Shown here: positions 41,600-56,075 of the stretch, in pieces
How positions within the stretch are numbered: position 1 is the first letter of the stretch
How the letters are laid out: each line of letters starts with the position of its first letter
NCBI GenBank assembly: GCA_951406725.2
Contig: OX597818.1
Location: 102,734,001-102,798,000, forward strand
Source of the DNA: Octopus vulgaris
Taxonomy: Eukaryota
Length of the DNA stretch: 64,000 bases
Direction: 5' to 3'
Notes under the pieces: generated by a model
Seen by the model: the letters and a program-made list of their open reading frames with translations, nothing else
What the model was told of the DNA's origin: nothing
Databases searched by the model: none
Position numbers and translations under genes: made by a program

Positions 41600-42004
41600 T
41601 TTTATTACTTATTACTTGTTTCAGTCATTTGACTATGGCCATGATGGAGCACCGACTTTAGTCGAGCAAATCGAACCCAGGACTTAATCTTTTTAAGCCT
41701 AGTACTTATTCTATCGGTCACTTTTGCCGAACCGCTAAGTTACGAGGACTTAAACACACCAGCATCCGTTGTCAAGCGATGTTGGGGGTGACAAACACAG
41801 ACACACAAACATATACACACACATACATATATATACTTAAATACGATGGGCTTCTTTCAGTTTCCATCTAACAAATCCACTCACAAGGCTGTGGTCGACC
41901 TGAGACTATAGTAGAAAACATTTGCCTAAGGTTCCACGCAGTGGGACTGAACCCGGAACCTTGTGGTTGGTAAGCAAGCTACTTACCACATAGCCACTCG
42001 TGCG
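41600..42004 (-). mobile_element. SINE family B
   Basis: Full-length match to the family. Confidence 0.9.
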
Positions 42005-42993
42005 ACTATATATATATAGATAGATATATACATATATATATATGTAGATTTCCTCTTCTCTTAAATATAGAATTGTTATATATGTATATTTACTACTACT
42101 ACTACTCTTATATAAAGAATCATTCATACATATATATATATATATATGCATGTGTATATATATATAGATGTAAATATATACACACACACATATATATAGT
42201 CACCATGATTGACCGCTAACTCTACAAGTTCTTTTTATTCTCTCTGTTTATTTTCTCGTGTTCCATTCTGCTTAAAAGCGTAGGCACGAAACGTAAAGGA
42301 CTTTCTCACCTTCCCGAGCGTGAAACTAATACAACTGCTTGTTGTTTATACATTTGTCTTATGTCGGTATATTCCAGGTTACGGCTATCCGCAACAAGTT
42401 GTAAGTACTAAGAGGCAATGATGGCTAAGTGTCAGCAATTTCAAGCAATTTCACTGTAATTCCTCCGATGGTTACCTTTGGGTTCACTTCTGTGCATTTC
42501 CATTCAGGGTCCCTTTAGCGAAGAGATATACACAAGGTAAAATATAAATTTGGGATAAACTGAGAGATGTAAGCTATATAAATGATATCTCCAAGGTGAT
42601 ATCAAGTTATCGCTGTCGTCGCAAAAGTAACATGGTAGAAAAGAACTTAATTTAAAAAGTAAAAAAACGGAAAAATAGCATGAAAGGTAAAATTTCTGTA
42701 ACGTATTATAAAGCTCTGTATTCTAATATGCATAAGGTATGTTTTAGCCACAGAGAGTATAAACATTTCCCCTACGGAGAAAGAAAACCATTACATCAAC
42801 CCGTTGAGATACATGTTATATATCTATTTATATTATTTTACACTCTTTCTTCTTCAATCTCTGTCTTCTTTATGCATAATAAATTTTACGACTGTTGTTA
42901 CCCTCATTGTACATACTTTCTTCTCCTTTTATCTTAATATGACGAATTAACCATTGTTGGAATCTCTCCTTCCCGCTCTTTCTGTATATATAT

Positions 42994-43038
<45 letters not shown>

Positions 43039-43224
43039 TTATATAACTTATAAACAAGTGCAAAAGAAAACATTTTCTAATGCCAATTTTTTTTCTTTTG
43101 CCCTTGTTTATAAGTTGTTTATAAATTTAACCTTTAAGGGTATTTTTTTAATATGTTGGCCATTGATAAAATTTTTTTCGAAACATTTTATCCTATATTT
43201 GATGTGTATATATATATATATATA

Positions 43225-43540
43225 TTTTGCTAGTTTCAGCTCAGAGCTGCGGCCATGCTGATGCACTGCCGTTTTGCTACATTGTTATTACTAAGAGCCT
43301 CCTGTAATATGTGGCACTTGGTGAAGAATGGAGTTTGATATAGCTACCCTCATTTGCACCTCTTGCCGTAAGGTAGGTTCATCTGGGACTTTCGACAGGA
43401 AGAGGTCCAGCTTTGATTTAAAAACCCCTACATCTACTTTGTGCAAGTTCCTCAGACTCTTTGGGAGAATATTAAAAAGCTGTAGGCCCTTCAAACCCAG
43501 GCTGTTGCGGTAACTGGTCCTGAAGCGTGATGGCATTGTT
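43225..43540 (-). mobile_element. CR1 LINE extreme 3' end including 3' UTR
   Basis: LFNILPKSLRNL...FKSKLDLFLSKVPDEP, then tail GGCAGTGCATCAGCATGGCCGCAGCTCTGAGCTGAAACTAG. Confidence 0.85.
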
Positions 43541-43547
43541 ATATATA

Positions 43548-43822
43548 TATTTAAGAGATGAGGAATTATGTACGTTATTTACATTATTTACATTATTTAC
43601 ATTCGACCGATATTTGTCCTGATCTTGTTTGTTGTTAACACAACGTTTCGGCTGATATACCTTCCAGGTATCTTGGAGAAATACCTTAGGAATGAGAACC
43701 CAGGTTCAAAATTTTCCCAAGACTCCTGATGAAGGCTGGAGCGTATATCAGCCGAAACGTTGTGATAACAACAAACAAAATGAGGACAAATAGCCGTCGA
43801 ATGTAAATAATGTAAATAATAT
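43548..43822. mobile_element. Palindromic family E insertion with HHR at 43722-43765
   Basis: Inverted truncated tail (to ~43668) plus direct tail with CUGAUGA-A-GGCUG...CAGCC-GAAA-CG-UU; homologous to 9170-9316. Confidence 0.8.
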
Positions 43823-43965
43823 AATTATGTAACATTTGGCGAAAATATACACGTAAAACCGGTAGTAATATATTGTATGCCGTCGTTGTTTCGGCAAAGA
43901 ACGACTCTAGTTAAACTTTTCTGTTATGTCACTCACACCCACACCCAGGCACACATACGCTAACT

Positions 43966-43996
<31 letters not shown>

Positions 43997-44511
43997 TTGT
44001 GTATGTGTGCAATAAAGGTAAAAACTATATATTTTTAAAACCATCTTGATGACAGAGTTCTCATTGAAATTAGACTTTTACTATCATTTATAATATGTGG
44101 TTACATGAACGATTGTTACGTATTAAAAATTACATTCTAAAATAACGATTATATATTTTTAAATAATTACGTTTCATAACTTGATGTTATTATTAACAAT
44201 TACGCGGTTCTTTACATTCGTGTTAGTTATTGAAACAGCTGTAGAAGTAATGAAATTTTGTCACAACTACGGTTTTGCTTTTATTATTTCTGATACATAT
44301 ATAAGTATGTTGTATATATGCTTGTAACTTAATGTATGTTTATCTGCTTATATAATTTAAGACGTTTTTACCATTAAAATGACAAACTTTAAAACAACTC
44401 TTGCGCAGGCCAGTGAGTAATCACTATTTTCAAATTCAATAAATGTATATCTTATAATCTCTCTTACGTTATATATTCGTATTGTGTTTATTACTCGAGT
44501 AAAGTGCATGA

Positions 44512-44574
<63 letters not shown>

Positions 44575-44575
44575 C

Positions 44576-44648
<73 letters not shown>

Positions 44649-45244
44649 CATACATGGAACAATACATATATGAATGTGTATTCGTTGTGTATGTAAATAT
44701 ATATTTATACATACATACATATATGCATGCATATATATGTGTGTGCTTGTATGTATGTATGAATGTACGTACATACGTATTGGTATGCGTGTGCTCATGT
44801 ATGCAATAAAATATATTTTAATCCATCTGCAAAAAATATTTTTCAGATTCTAGTAGAAATATTATGATGAAGACAAACGAGAGATCTATAGATCACTAAT
44901 ATTTATGCAACTTACAGTTATTAATGCTATATGCCTCGCGGTTTACATACTAATGCAGACACAGAACAAAAAAATTCCTTGTTTAATATATAATCTACAT
45001 CTCAGTTATAACAAGAGTTTTATATTAATAAATGTCATTTCTTTTTATCTTATACATATTTATATTTTTGCACGTTGTAAATTATGAAGGTAGTTGCATA
45101 GCTGCATGCCAAAAAAGCGCTCTGCCAGGAAACATATTTTTAATGAAAAGTATAGCAATTCTTATTCATAGAACAAAAACATAAATTAACTTTTATTATT
45201 ATTACCTCAGAAAGAACGCCTCCTGGGTGGTTTTCAGCAGTTCT

Positions 45245-46400
45245 CTACATGATATTTACACATTTGGTACTCCAATTTTGCAGTTTTGTTGGTGCTGGGG
45301 AAGAACAGACTCCTCCAGTCGTTGTGTTGCGTCGCTTTGTTTTGTTATGAGGTTTGGCCTGAGTCGTTTTATATATTGATGTTTTTATTTTCTCTTTTGG
45401 GTGTAATGCCAGTTGTATTATACTGTTAGGTAACATCCGTCTAGGGTACATTTCCTAGCATTCGTTTACTTTATCAGATGCTTATTTAAAAGTGTGAGTC
45501 TTGTGTTTATTGACTGTTCCATGTGGGTTGTGTTTTTGAATTGATATTTTATTGGGTAGGTTGAGGGCTGCTCCTAGAAGGGCTATATTTTGGATAGTGT
45601 GTAACAGTGTCGGTCCAGGTATTACTTTTAAGTTTTGTTGATAAGTTTTTTATCATATCCACTGATCCAATTATTACCGGTATTGTTTTTACTTTCATAA
45701 CCCATAACCTGAATATTTCAATTTCGAGATTTAGAAAGTAGTTTCCTCAAATCACAAAAATTTTGATCCGAATTTTTACAGAATATAGGATGGTATTTTT
45801 GTAGAGGTAGATAATGCGAGTTTGAGTTCCAACATCCTTCAGTCTCTTATCTAACATTTTTGGCGTTGTGCCGAGTGCACCAATTAGCACAGGAATAATT
45901 GTTACTTTAGTCTTTCACAGTCTCTTCAGCTCTCTTGCTAGGTTCTGCTATACCTCATATTCTTCAATTTCTTTGGTAAGTCTATGATCTTACACGGCTT
46001 ATTTTGTCCTCTATAATCATATCTGGTCTTCTTGCTTCAACAGTAAAGTCAATATTTATGGAAAAGCTCCATAAGAACCTGTAATTCTCAGTCTCTATCA
46101 CAACCTCTGGTACGTGTTCGAAAAACATTCCCATTATTTTAAAACCACACACTCAGTTGACATCCCTAAGTACTCTATTACGTAGGCAGTCCTTTCTTCG
46201 TTTATATCCCTTTTGTGCTAACTTACTACATTCACTCAAGAGATGATTGATGCTTTCGTTTCCTTTCCAGCAGATTCCACATTTGCTGTTTTTTCTGAGT
46301 TTCGTCGATCTTTGCCTATATCTGATGCGTCCTAATGTCTTCTTTCTGTACGGCTATAATCAGTTCTTCGGTCTCTCATTTCACGTTTCCGACTGTCAGC
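45245..46400 (-). pseudogene. Two decayed R4/Dong-like RLE C-terminal fragments
   Basis: CGICWKGNESINHLLSEC zinc knuckle, EARRPDMII, LARELKRL...IPVLIGALG; second copy LEIEIFRLWVMKVKTIPVIIG. Confidence 0.75.
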
Positions 46401-46559
46401 TATAAATCATAACATTTCTTTAAGAATTTCTTATGGAGTTTACTTGATTCATTCTGTCATGCAATGAACAGGAATTACTTCTCTTGCGACTATTTTTAGG
46501 ATACAAAATGTCGAAACTCCTTCGAATTATTTATTACATCAGAGGTATTAGTTTACATC

Positions 46560-48305
46560 TATGTTTTTGTCTATTATGTCTAAATGTAACAATAAGTGGA
46601 TGAGGAAATATTTCTTTAAAACGAGTATATTTTTTGTGAAATATCTTTTACAGTCATGTAACACTTTTGAAATGCCAAGAAAATTTCGGTGACAGTTAAT
46701 AACTAAAGGATTTCAGACAGCATTTCGACTTTCACTGCAATAATTAGGTGTGAAAGTTTAACATTCCTTAATTTTAGCTTGTCATTTGTGATTTCTTTCA
46801 GTCATGATTTACTGTAACTGTATTTGAGGTAATGACACTCAAAATTATTTGCACGCTTGCAAAAATCTAGTATATAAAAGCAAACCTGTTCTATTCTCAA
46901 AAATTGCGACTGTAGAGTTTGCTTATCTTAAGGCATGGACGACAGTAAACATAACCGGGGGATAACATGGATTAGCAGAATTGTTTGTCACTGTATGACC
47001 GTCTGAAAACCTAATTTTTATGTTCAAAAAGTTGATGCTACTTTTAAACTGGACAAAATTTTCGCCTTGGACATAAAACTCTACCTGTGCAAAGCTGTTA
47101 CAGAAATGCACAAATTGGACGAGATTACATAGCATTTCTTCCCAGGCGAAAATAAATACGTCGTCAGTGACACATAACTAGCTATTGGTTTCTGACTGTG
47201 TAGTGATTTAACTGCTTCTGGTAAATTTTAACTTAGATTTTGTCATGAAGATGCTAGCAAAATGATTGCCATAGGGGTACTCATGGCACATACCTTCATT
47301 TGGTGGGGTAAGGTTTTGTCTAAACTTCATTCTGATGCTTTTTGTAATACAAGCCTCAATAATCTACAGAAGAGATTAGAAGGAATGCCTTTGTTTTACT
47401 GTTCTGTAAAGGCGTCAGTGCATACTTGAACCCTCTCATCTTGGTCAGTGTTGGGTAAAAGAAAGGAACAGCCATGGTTAGGTTACCAAAAGACAGTTTT
47501 TGAAAATATTCCTGAACTTACAAGGTCTGTTAATTTTGGAAACAAAATTGAAAGCATCAAATTTTTGGTTACATAAAGTAGAAAGCCATAATGTCATTTT
47601 GAAATTTTTTCCCTACAATATCCATACCCATTGAAAATTGGGTACTATGGAAGAAATGTACCAACCATTTTAAGTAATTTTGGAAGTTCATAAAATACAC
47701 GTTCTTGCTCTGGCCGCAAAATTTTAGATTCAATGTTATTTATAAATTTTTTCTTCTCTTTTCAAAAATTGTTTCTTCAACTTCTTTTTCGTAATGGAGA
47801 ATTTGACCGACACGTATCTTTTATCGGACGCTTTTAACCTTTAGAGATTCTTTGCCAGCTGAAATGTAGACATCCATGTCTATAATTACGAAAGCATTAA
47901 ATTACTTGGCATTTTAACAATAGAATTATTGTTAGCTAGATGAAGTACATTACACTAGAAATTCGTGAAGTTAGTCCAAGTTCTTTAATACTTCATTTAC
48001 GTCTTCACCTGATGCTTGCTTGATAACACTCAGGAAATTCTAGCAACGCATGTCAAGGTCCCCCCCAAACACTCAGTTGTATTTTCTATGGCACAATTAT
48101 GTCGTCACCGTCGTCATTTTCAACAAACGGTGGGTTTTCAGACACACTGTTACTATTTTCTAAATATTCTTTGGGCTTGTGATAGCGAGAAAACTGAAAT
48201 AATCTTGAGATAATTATCAAAATATTTTAGGTAAAATTCCTCATTTTAGAGAAATATTTCTTCATCCACCTTTTGTTGCTTTTAGACGTAATATCATCTA
48301 ATGTT
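46560..48305 (-). mobile_element. Old Penelope-like RT remnant bounded by inverted repeats
   Basis: Frameshifted AMSTPMA..FASIFM, VTDDVFIFAW, FVHFCNS...SINFLNIKI motifs at ~46950-47300; ~60-bp inverted repeats at 46570-46625 and 48240-48295. Confidence 0.55.
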
Positions 48306-48894
48306 GTTATTAGGGGCAACAAAAACAGTTTTTACGCTCTGCTAGGTCTGATTGTAATCAAAGCCCCATTGGAATTTCAGAAATTTGTATTCCTCAAAAC
48401 CCTCATGAAAGAGCTTATTATGAGCCAGGTCAACACTATCATAAGTTGTTCTAGAAGAAATGCTATAATTAATAAAGATGGTGGAAGGTATGATACAGGA
48501 TTACAGCATGAAAGATTTGATACATTGCTGATAAAACATCAAGATAATTAAACAAAAGGTTTAATGGCTATAGATATGTCGTCACACTGTGAGACAACTT
48601 CGATTTAACTTGGTGAGCATTTAGCTATAAACGCATATAATTTTGACGGACATCATTTTAAAATACACATTCTCAGAAAAGATACAGAGTCCACTGAATT
48701 TCAAGTTCTCAAAATACATGAAAATCAACATAATTGCAAGTTAGTAATGTTCCGTTTAGTGTGGACGTACAAAATGACAGGAAAATTCTGTCAAATTTAT
48801 ATTATATATTTTGACTAACAAATGTCTCACACTTTTTTCTTTTTACCAGAATAAGCAATAACAAACATGCGAAACTTGTTAATAGGTTTATGTC

Positions 48895-49203
48895 CTTCGA
48901 GGCGGAACGTTAGCACGCCGGGCGAAATACGGCTACGTATTTCGTCTGCCGTTATGTTCTGAGTTCCAAATTCCGCCGAGGTCGATTTTGCCTTTCATCC
49001 TTAAGTACTAGTTACACACTGGGGTCGATATATGTTTCTTTATTACCCACAAGGGACTAAACATACAGGGGGCAAACAAGAACAGACAATTAAGACGATT
49101 ATATCGACCCCAGTGCGTAACTGGTACTTAGTTTATCGACCCCGAAAGAATGAAGGGCAAAGTCGACCTTGGCGGAATTTGAACTCAGAACGTAACGGCA
49201 GAA
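48895..49203. mobile_element. Tail-to-tail SINE A composite inside one TSD
   Basis: TSD aataggtttatgtc at 48881-48894 and 49204-49217 flanks a plus head and a minus copy. Confidence 0.8.
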
Positions 49204-49702
49204 ATAGGTTTATGTCTTTCGTGTATTTCAATTTTGTCTTACATTGAACCCGAGTAATACGAACCTACTGTTCGAATATTGAAATGAATAAAACCAATCA
49301 GGTTTTAAACTTTACATCTCTTAATCGCGTATTTACCTTCGTGAAGAGTTACGTCAATCTTCATTAGTTAATAAACAACCTGTTTTTACTTTGGGCACAA
49401 AGCCTGAAATTTATGCGGAGGAGGACTAGTCGATAACGACGACCTTAGTGCTTGATTAGGGCATAATTTATCGAACTTTAAAGGCTGAAAGGCAATGTCA
49501 ACCTTTGTGTAATTTGAATTCAGAAATTAAAGGCAGAAGAAATGCCTTCTAGCATTTTCTCTGGATATGCTAACGATTCTGTCAGCTCGCTCTCTGAAGT
49601 TCATAATAATAATGGCTTCAAATCTTCGAACAAGGCCAACAACTTCGGGGAGGAGTTAAGTCGATTCCATCGACCCCAGTGCTCAACTGGTACTTATATA
49701 CC

Positions 49703-49770
<68 letters not shown>

Positions 49771-49793
49771 TAATAATAATAATAATAATAATG

Positions 49794-49865
<72 letters not shown>

Positions 49866-50277
49866 TATGTGTTGTATTACATGTAGACATTTCGCTACTA
49901 CCTCTGCAACTTGCCCTCCTCAATCTTTCAGTTATACTGTAGCAATCTTTTCTCCTTTACTCGCAGGTTTAAATTGAAGAAGGAGGAGGAGGAGAAGAAG
50001 AAGAAGAAGAAGAAGAAGAAGAATGAAGAGGGCAGACGTGATACCAACAGTAATTGGTGAATTTGGAAGTATCAGCACTCAACTACCAACATGGCTGAAA
50101 AAGATCAGTTCAAGTGTGAAATGTTGAACACCTACTAAAATCAGCATTGCTTTTAACGGCAAGAATTTTTCGCATACTTTTTGAAGCATGACCAGTTAAC
50201 AAGTGAAACCTTAGTCTCTTGGATACGGACAGCTGACACTTCCCTTCATACCCAGCAAAATAAGCTCTGAGTTTTCG

Positions 50278-50343
<66 letters not shown>

Positions 50344-50419
50344 ATAAATAAATAAATAAATAATAGACATTCATTAGTACAACATCCCCACCCCCCAAAT
50401 ATATGGCACACTAGGCATA

Positions 50420-51405
<986 letters not shown>

Positions 51406-52004
51406 TACATTTCTTCAAAGACAGGTAGAATAGATGATTATAGAAATTGACACCATTATAATTCAAAGACTAATATTCGAAGGACATTCACTTTCAACGT
51501 TCTTTTCCTATGAAGGGTTAACATATTTAACTGACATGCTAATCAAGACTGAATTCGGAAACAAATGCTTTTGCAGACGGGTTATTTTAATTCCTTAATC
51601 TATGGATTATTACTAGAAACACTGCTACGGAAGATATGTGATTTTGCTGAATAAATGGATGAAATTTGGATTAGAAAAATACGTAAAAGATAGACTTTGA
51701 AAGAAAAGTTAATTAAAACAGTAATAACATGCGCGATATAGAGAGAGAAAAATAAAAGAATTAGAACAGAGACATAGAGTACTTAGGAATTAATGAACTT
51801 AGGAATTAATGAACTAGAGTGAAAGAAAATGTTAGGAAGAAATAGGTTAATACTTGAAAGAGAGATAAATGCAAAAAGTGGAGAAACATCATTGCGCTTG
51901 CAATTCCTGTTATGAATATAAACAATATAAACAAAACTGAAAACATAATAAAATAAAATACACAGATAAATAAACAAATGGAAGTAAATAACTATATACA
52001 TTTA

Positions 52005-52072
<68 letters not shown>

Positions 52073-52095
52073 CATACATAAATAATAATAATGGT

Positions 52096-52154
<59 letters not shown>

Positions 52155-52413
52155 TTATGTTGGTGTAAACACATGAACAAAATAAACAAAAACAAAAACA
52201 AACAAAAACAAAACAAAACCAAATTACACGAACGTATATAAACAGGAGATACAAATATTACAGACGCTTCCCCACACGCACACACTAACTAAACATAGAC
52301 ACACATAGAGGTATACGCATGCGCAAATCAAGACGCATAAAATATAAATACAAAATACAAAATGACTCACCGTTAGTAAGGAGAGACACACAAATAAGAA
52401 AGAAGAAAGCAAA

Positions 52414-52461
52414 GGACCACTGATGATGCGGTCACAGGAGTGTGACGAAAGAACTCTGGCC
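52414..52461 (+). ncRNA. Variant hammerhead motif with a 4-nt insertion before stem II
   Basis: CCA-CUGAUGA-UGCG-GUCAC(loop)GUGAC-GAAA-GAAC-UC-UGG. Confidence 0.5.
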
Positions 52462-52751
52462 GAAATAAGATTAAGATTAATGTAAAAAATAAATAATGCT
52501 GAAGCAAAGTAACACCAAATATATAGTGCGTGTGTTTTTCTTGGCTAAACTGGCAAAATAACCATTCCTAAATACAACAAAAAAGTTGCAATAGTTTTAA
52601 TTAAGCTCCAAACTAGTAACACCACGCAGAATACAAGGAAAATAACGAATACGTACAGAATATGGTACACAAAACCAAGCACTTAAAATATTATTTTTAT
52701 TATGAATATAGAAAATAGGTTTCTTATGTTACTGAAAGGCTGTTGTAAAAT

Positions 52752-53139
52752 GGAGGCGCAATGGCCCAGTGGTTAGGGCAGCGGACACGCGGTCATAGGA
52801 TCGCGGTTTCGATTCCCAGACCTGGCGTTGTGAGTGTTTATTGAGCGAAAAACACTTAAAGCTCCACGAGGCTCCGGCAGGGATGGTGGTGATCCCTGCT
52901 GTACTCTTTCACCACAACTTTCTCTCACTCTTACTTCCTGTTTCTGTTGTACCTGTATTTCAAAGGGCCGGCCTTGTCACTCTCTGTATCACACTGAATA
53001 TCCCCGAGAACTACGTTAAGGGTACACGTGTCTGTGGAGTGCTCAGCCACTTACACGTTAATTTCACGAGCAGGCTGTTCCGTTGATTCGGATCAACCGG
53101 AACCCTCGTCGTCGTAACCGACGGAGTGCTTCCAATCAA
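52752..53139 (+). mobile_element. SINE family C, tail variant 5, with TSD
   Basis: TSD tgttgtaaaat at 52741-52751 and 53140-53150. Confidence 0.92.
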
Positions 53140-53157
53140 TGTTGTAAAATATCCATT

Positions 53158-54503
53158 AACGTGGTGGTATCAAAGAGCTCCCGGACTAGTTATGTTTTTA
53201 TTCTTTTATTTGTTTCTGTCATTTGACTCCGGTCATGCTGGAGCACCGCCATTAGTCGAGCAAACCGACCCCAGGACTTATTCATTGTAAGCCTAGTACT
53301 TATTCTATCGGTCTCTCTTTCCAGAACCGCTAAATGACGGCGACGTAAACACACCAGCATCGGTTGTCAAGCGATGTTAAGGGGACAAACACAGACACAC
53401 AAACATATACATACATATATATATATATATATGCATATATACGACGGGCTTCTTTCAGTTTCCGACTACCAAATCCACTCGCAAGGCTGTGGTTGGCCCG
53501 AGGCTAGAGTAGAAGATGCTCAAGGTGCCATGCTGTGGGACTGAACCTAGAACCATATGGTTGGTAAGCAAGCTACTTACCACACAGCCACTCCTGCGCC
53601 TATGTTTAATGAAAAAATAACTTATTTGCCTAACTTTTAACATTATCTCCTTTGAAATAATCATTTTGCTCAACAATACACCGCTCCCAGCGTTCTTGCC
53701 ACTTTTGGGATCCGGCCTGGGAGTCGTTTGTCGTTTGCCCCAAGCGAGTCGAAGACCTTCTACGATTCACTCCGGATCTCGACAACGGTGTTAAAACAGG
53801 GACTTTTGAGCTGCATGTTTCATCTTGGGGGAAGATATGGAAGTTTGCAGTGCTAAATCTGGCAAATAGGATGGGTGCAGAAGCGATACCATGTTGTTTT
53901 TGAAGAGATACTGATGATGGAGGAGAACTCGGTGACAGGGTGCATTGACGCCGTGAAGAATCCAGACGTTAGGATTTCTTGCATCGGCTCATATGACAGA
54001 CCAACCACATCAGCAATGTCGTTGATTGCCTTTCGATGTTCCTTATGCACAATCTGGTGAATTTTCTCCGCATTTCCGGGGTTGACGCTTGTTACAGGTC
54101 TTCCAGATGACTCGCCGATTTCCAGAGACGTTCTTACGCTTTTGAAGCACCCGTGCCACTTGAATCATTGCGTAAGACCCACTACCTCATTACTATAAGC
54201 TTGCCCAAATATGCTCAATGTCTCTGTAGTAGACATCCTAAGTTTAACGCAGAATTTCGCGTTGGCTTTTTGTTCCATGACAAAAATTTCAGACTACAGG
54301 ATACATATGATCACAAAAATACAAATTTCACAATTTGTGAAGTAGACTAACGGCACATTGCCACTCGGCACATTGCCACTCGGCACATTGCCACTCGGCA
54401 CATTGCCAAATAAAGGTCACTGCTAGGTCTCATTGTGCACGCAACTGTGTGCTGCCATCTGTTGGCGAGCTACAGAAACAGTCCAAGAACTTTTTGTCGC
54501 TAG
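53158..54503 (-). mobile_element. Decayed mariner transposon interrupted by a SINE B (53198-53600, TSD tatgttt)
   Basis: HPSYLPDLA (YSPDL-like) at ~53850-53880, INDIADVVGLSY HTH; imperfect TIRs at both ends. Confidence 0.72.
54350..54408. repeat. 15-bp minisatellite (cggcacattgccact) x ~4
   Basis: Direct inspection. Confidence 0.95.
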
Positions 54504-55249
54504 ATGGTTTCGTAGAAGTACGAAACTATCTAGTTAAATATTATGGAAATTTAATACAAACAGATGCAAAATGCGAGAAAATATAATTTACTGTCTTCAA
54601 GGAACCAAGAGAAAACCAAAAATATGAGATGAAGATCACTGGCTGATTTAATTGAAAAGGAGAGACAAGTAAGAAAAATGTTAAAACGCTAAAACTTCAG
54701 TGCTAATTTTGAGCTACAGTTAAAGTAATGGTAAGAAGACTCGTTACATAACTGAACAATTCTAAAGCGATTCCTCTGGCGCAGAATGTATAAAATGGTC
54801 TAACAATTACCCCCGCCAAAAGGAATATTTGTAAAGCGGTACTGTGAGTGCATTAAAACATAATTCAATGTCTTTACCATAAAGAAAAAAGAATTGATCA
54901 TTCAATGATGTGATTGACTTACGAGGAAAATATCAAAATATATTGACTACCGTGTAAATTGTGGCTTTTCACTTTCATTCTCAGAAAAGCTGTCTTATGT
55001 TAGCGATGGGGGAACTTGTATGCTTTAGTATATACCAAATGTACGGTGATGGTTGAAGAAGTGTAGGAAGAAGATGGGGACAACAACAATGATGTTGTCG
55101 CTGATGATGATGATGATGATATTGATGGTGGTGATGATGATGAGGAAGGAAAAGCAAAAACACGAAATATACTCATAATAGGTTATTTCCGAACACACAC
55201 AAATACACACACACAAGCACACTCATATGTATGTATATATATTTGGATT

Positions 55250-55282
<33 letters not shown>

Positions 55283-55342
55283 TTCATATACATACATGCA
55301 TTTATATGTATGCATGTGTGTGTTTGTCTAACTAAAAGTATA

Positions 55343-55799
55343 GCAGCAGCAGCTGTAGTAGTAGTAGTGGTGGTGGTGGTGGTGGTGGTGGTGGTGGTTT
55401 TTTGTGGTGGTGGTGGTGGTGTTGGTGTTGGTAGTAGTAGTAGTGTTAGTGGTGTTGGTGGTGGTGGTGGTGGTGGTGGTGGTAGTAGTAGTAGTGGTGG
55501 TGGTGGTGGTGGTAGTAGTGGTGGTAGTGGTGGTGGTAGTAGTGGTGGTAGTGATGGTGGTAGTAGTAGTGGTGTTGGTGGTGGTAGTGGTGGTGGTGTT
55601 GGTGGTGGTAGTGGTGGTGGTGGTAGTAGTGGTGGTAGTGGTGGTGGTAGTAGTGGTTGTAGTGGTGGTGGTAGTAGTGGTGGTAGTGGTGGTGGTAGTA
55701 GTAGTGGTGTTGGTGGTGGTAGTGGTGTTGGTGTTAGTGGTGGTAGTGGTGGTGGTGGTGGTAGTGGTGGTGGTGGTGGTGGTGGTGGTGGTGGTGGTG

Positions 55800-55857
<58 letters not shown>

Positions 55858-55877
55858 CAGTTGCAGCAGCAGCAGCT
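55343..55877. repeat. Compound (GGT)/(AGT) trinucleotide repeat
   Basis: Direct inspection. Confidence 0.97.
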
Positions 55878-56031
55878 GAAGCAAGGAAAGTAGGTGGAAC
55901 CGTAAAATAGTGAACGGATCGAGAAGAGAGAAAAATAAAGGCAGAGAAAGAATGAAAGCCAAAAGAGAGCAAAAGAGAAAAACAAAAACAAAAACAAAAA
56001 AACTGCGAGATATTTTTAGTCGAAGCGGGAA

Positions 56032-56075
<44 letters not shown>

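Noticed and set aside
49945-50110. Possible exon after the acceptor-like tttctcctttactcgcag
   Set aside because: Followed by a GAA/GGA repeat and early stops; no donor or homology evidence.
54350-54408. CRISPR-like repeat array
   Set aside because: Tandem 15-mers with no spacers, in eukaryotic DNA inside a mariner remnant.
54915-54990. Minus-strand consensus donor CTC|GTAAGT
   Set aside because: The two upstream frames I checked hit stops; expected by chance without transcript data.
55183-56034. Long Pro/Thr/Gly-Ser-rich ORFs (up to 283 aa) resembling mucin or extensin
   Set aside because: Open in several frames on both strands because of the GGT/AGT repeat; no unique domain or supported splice structure.
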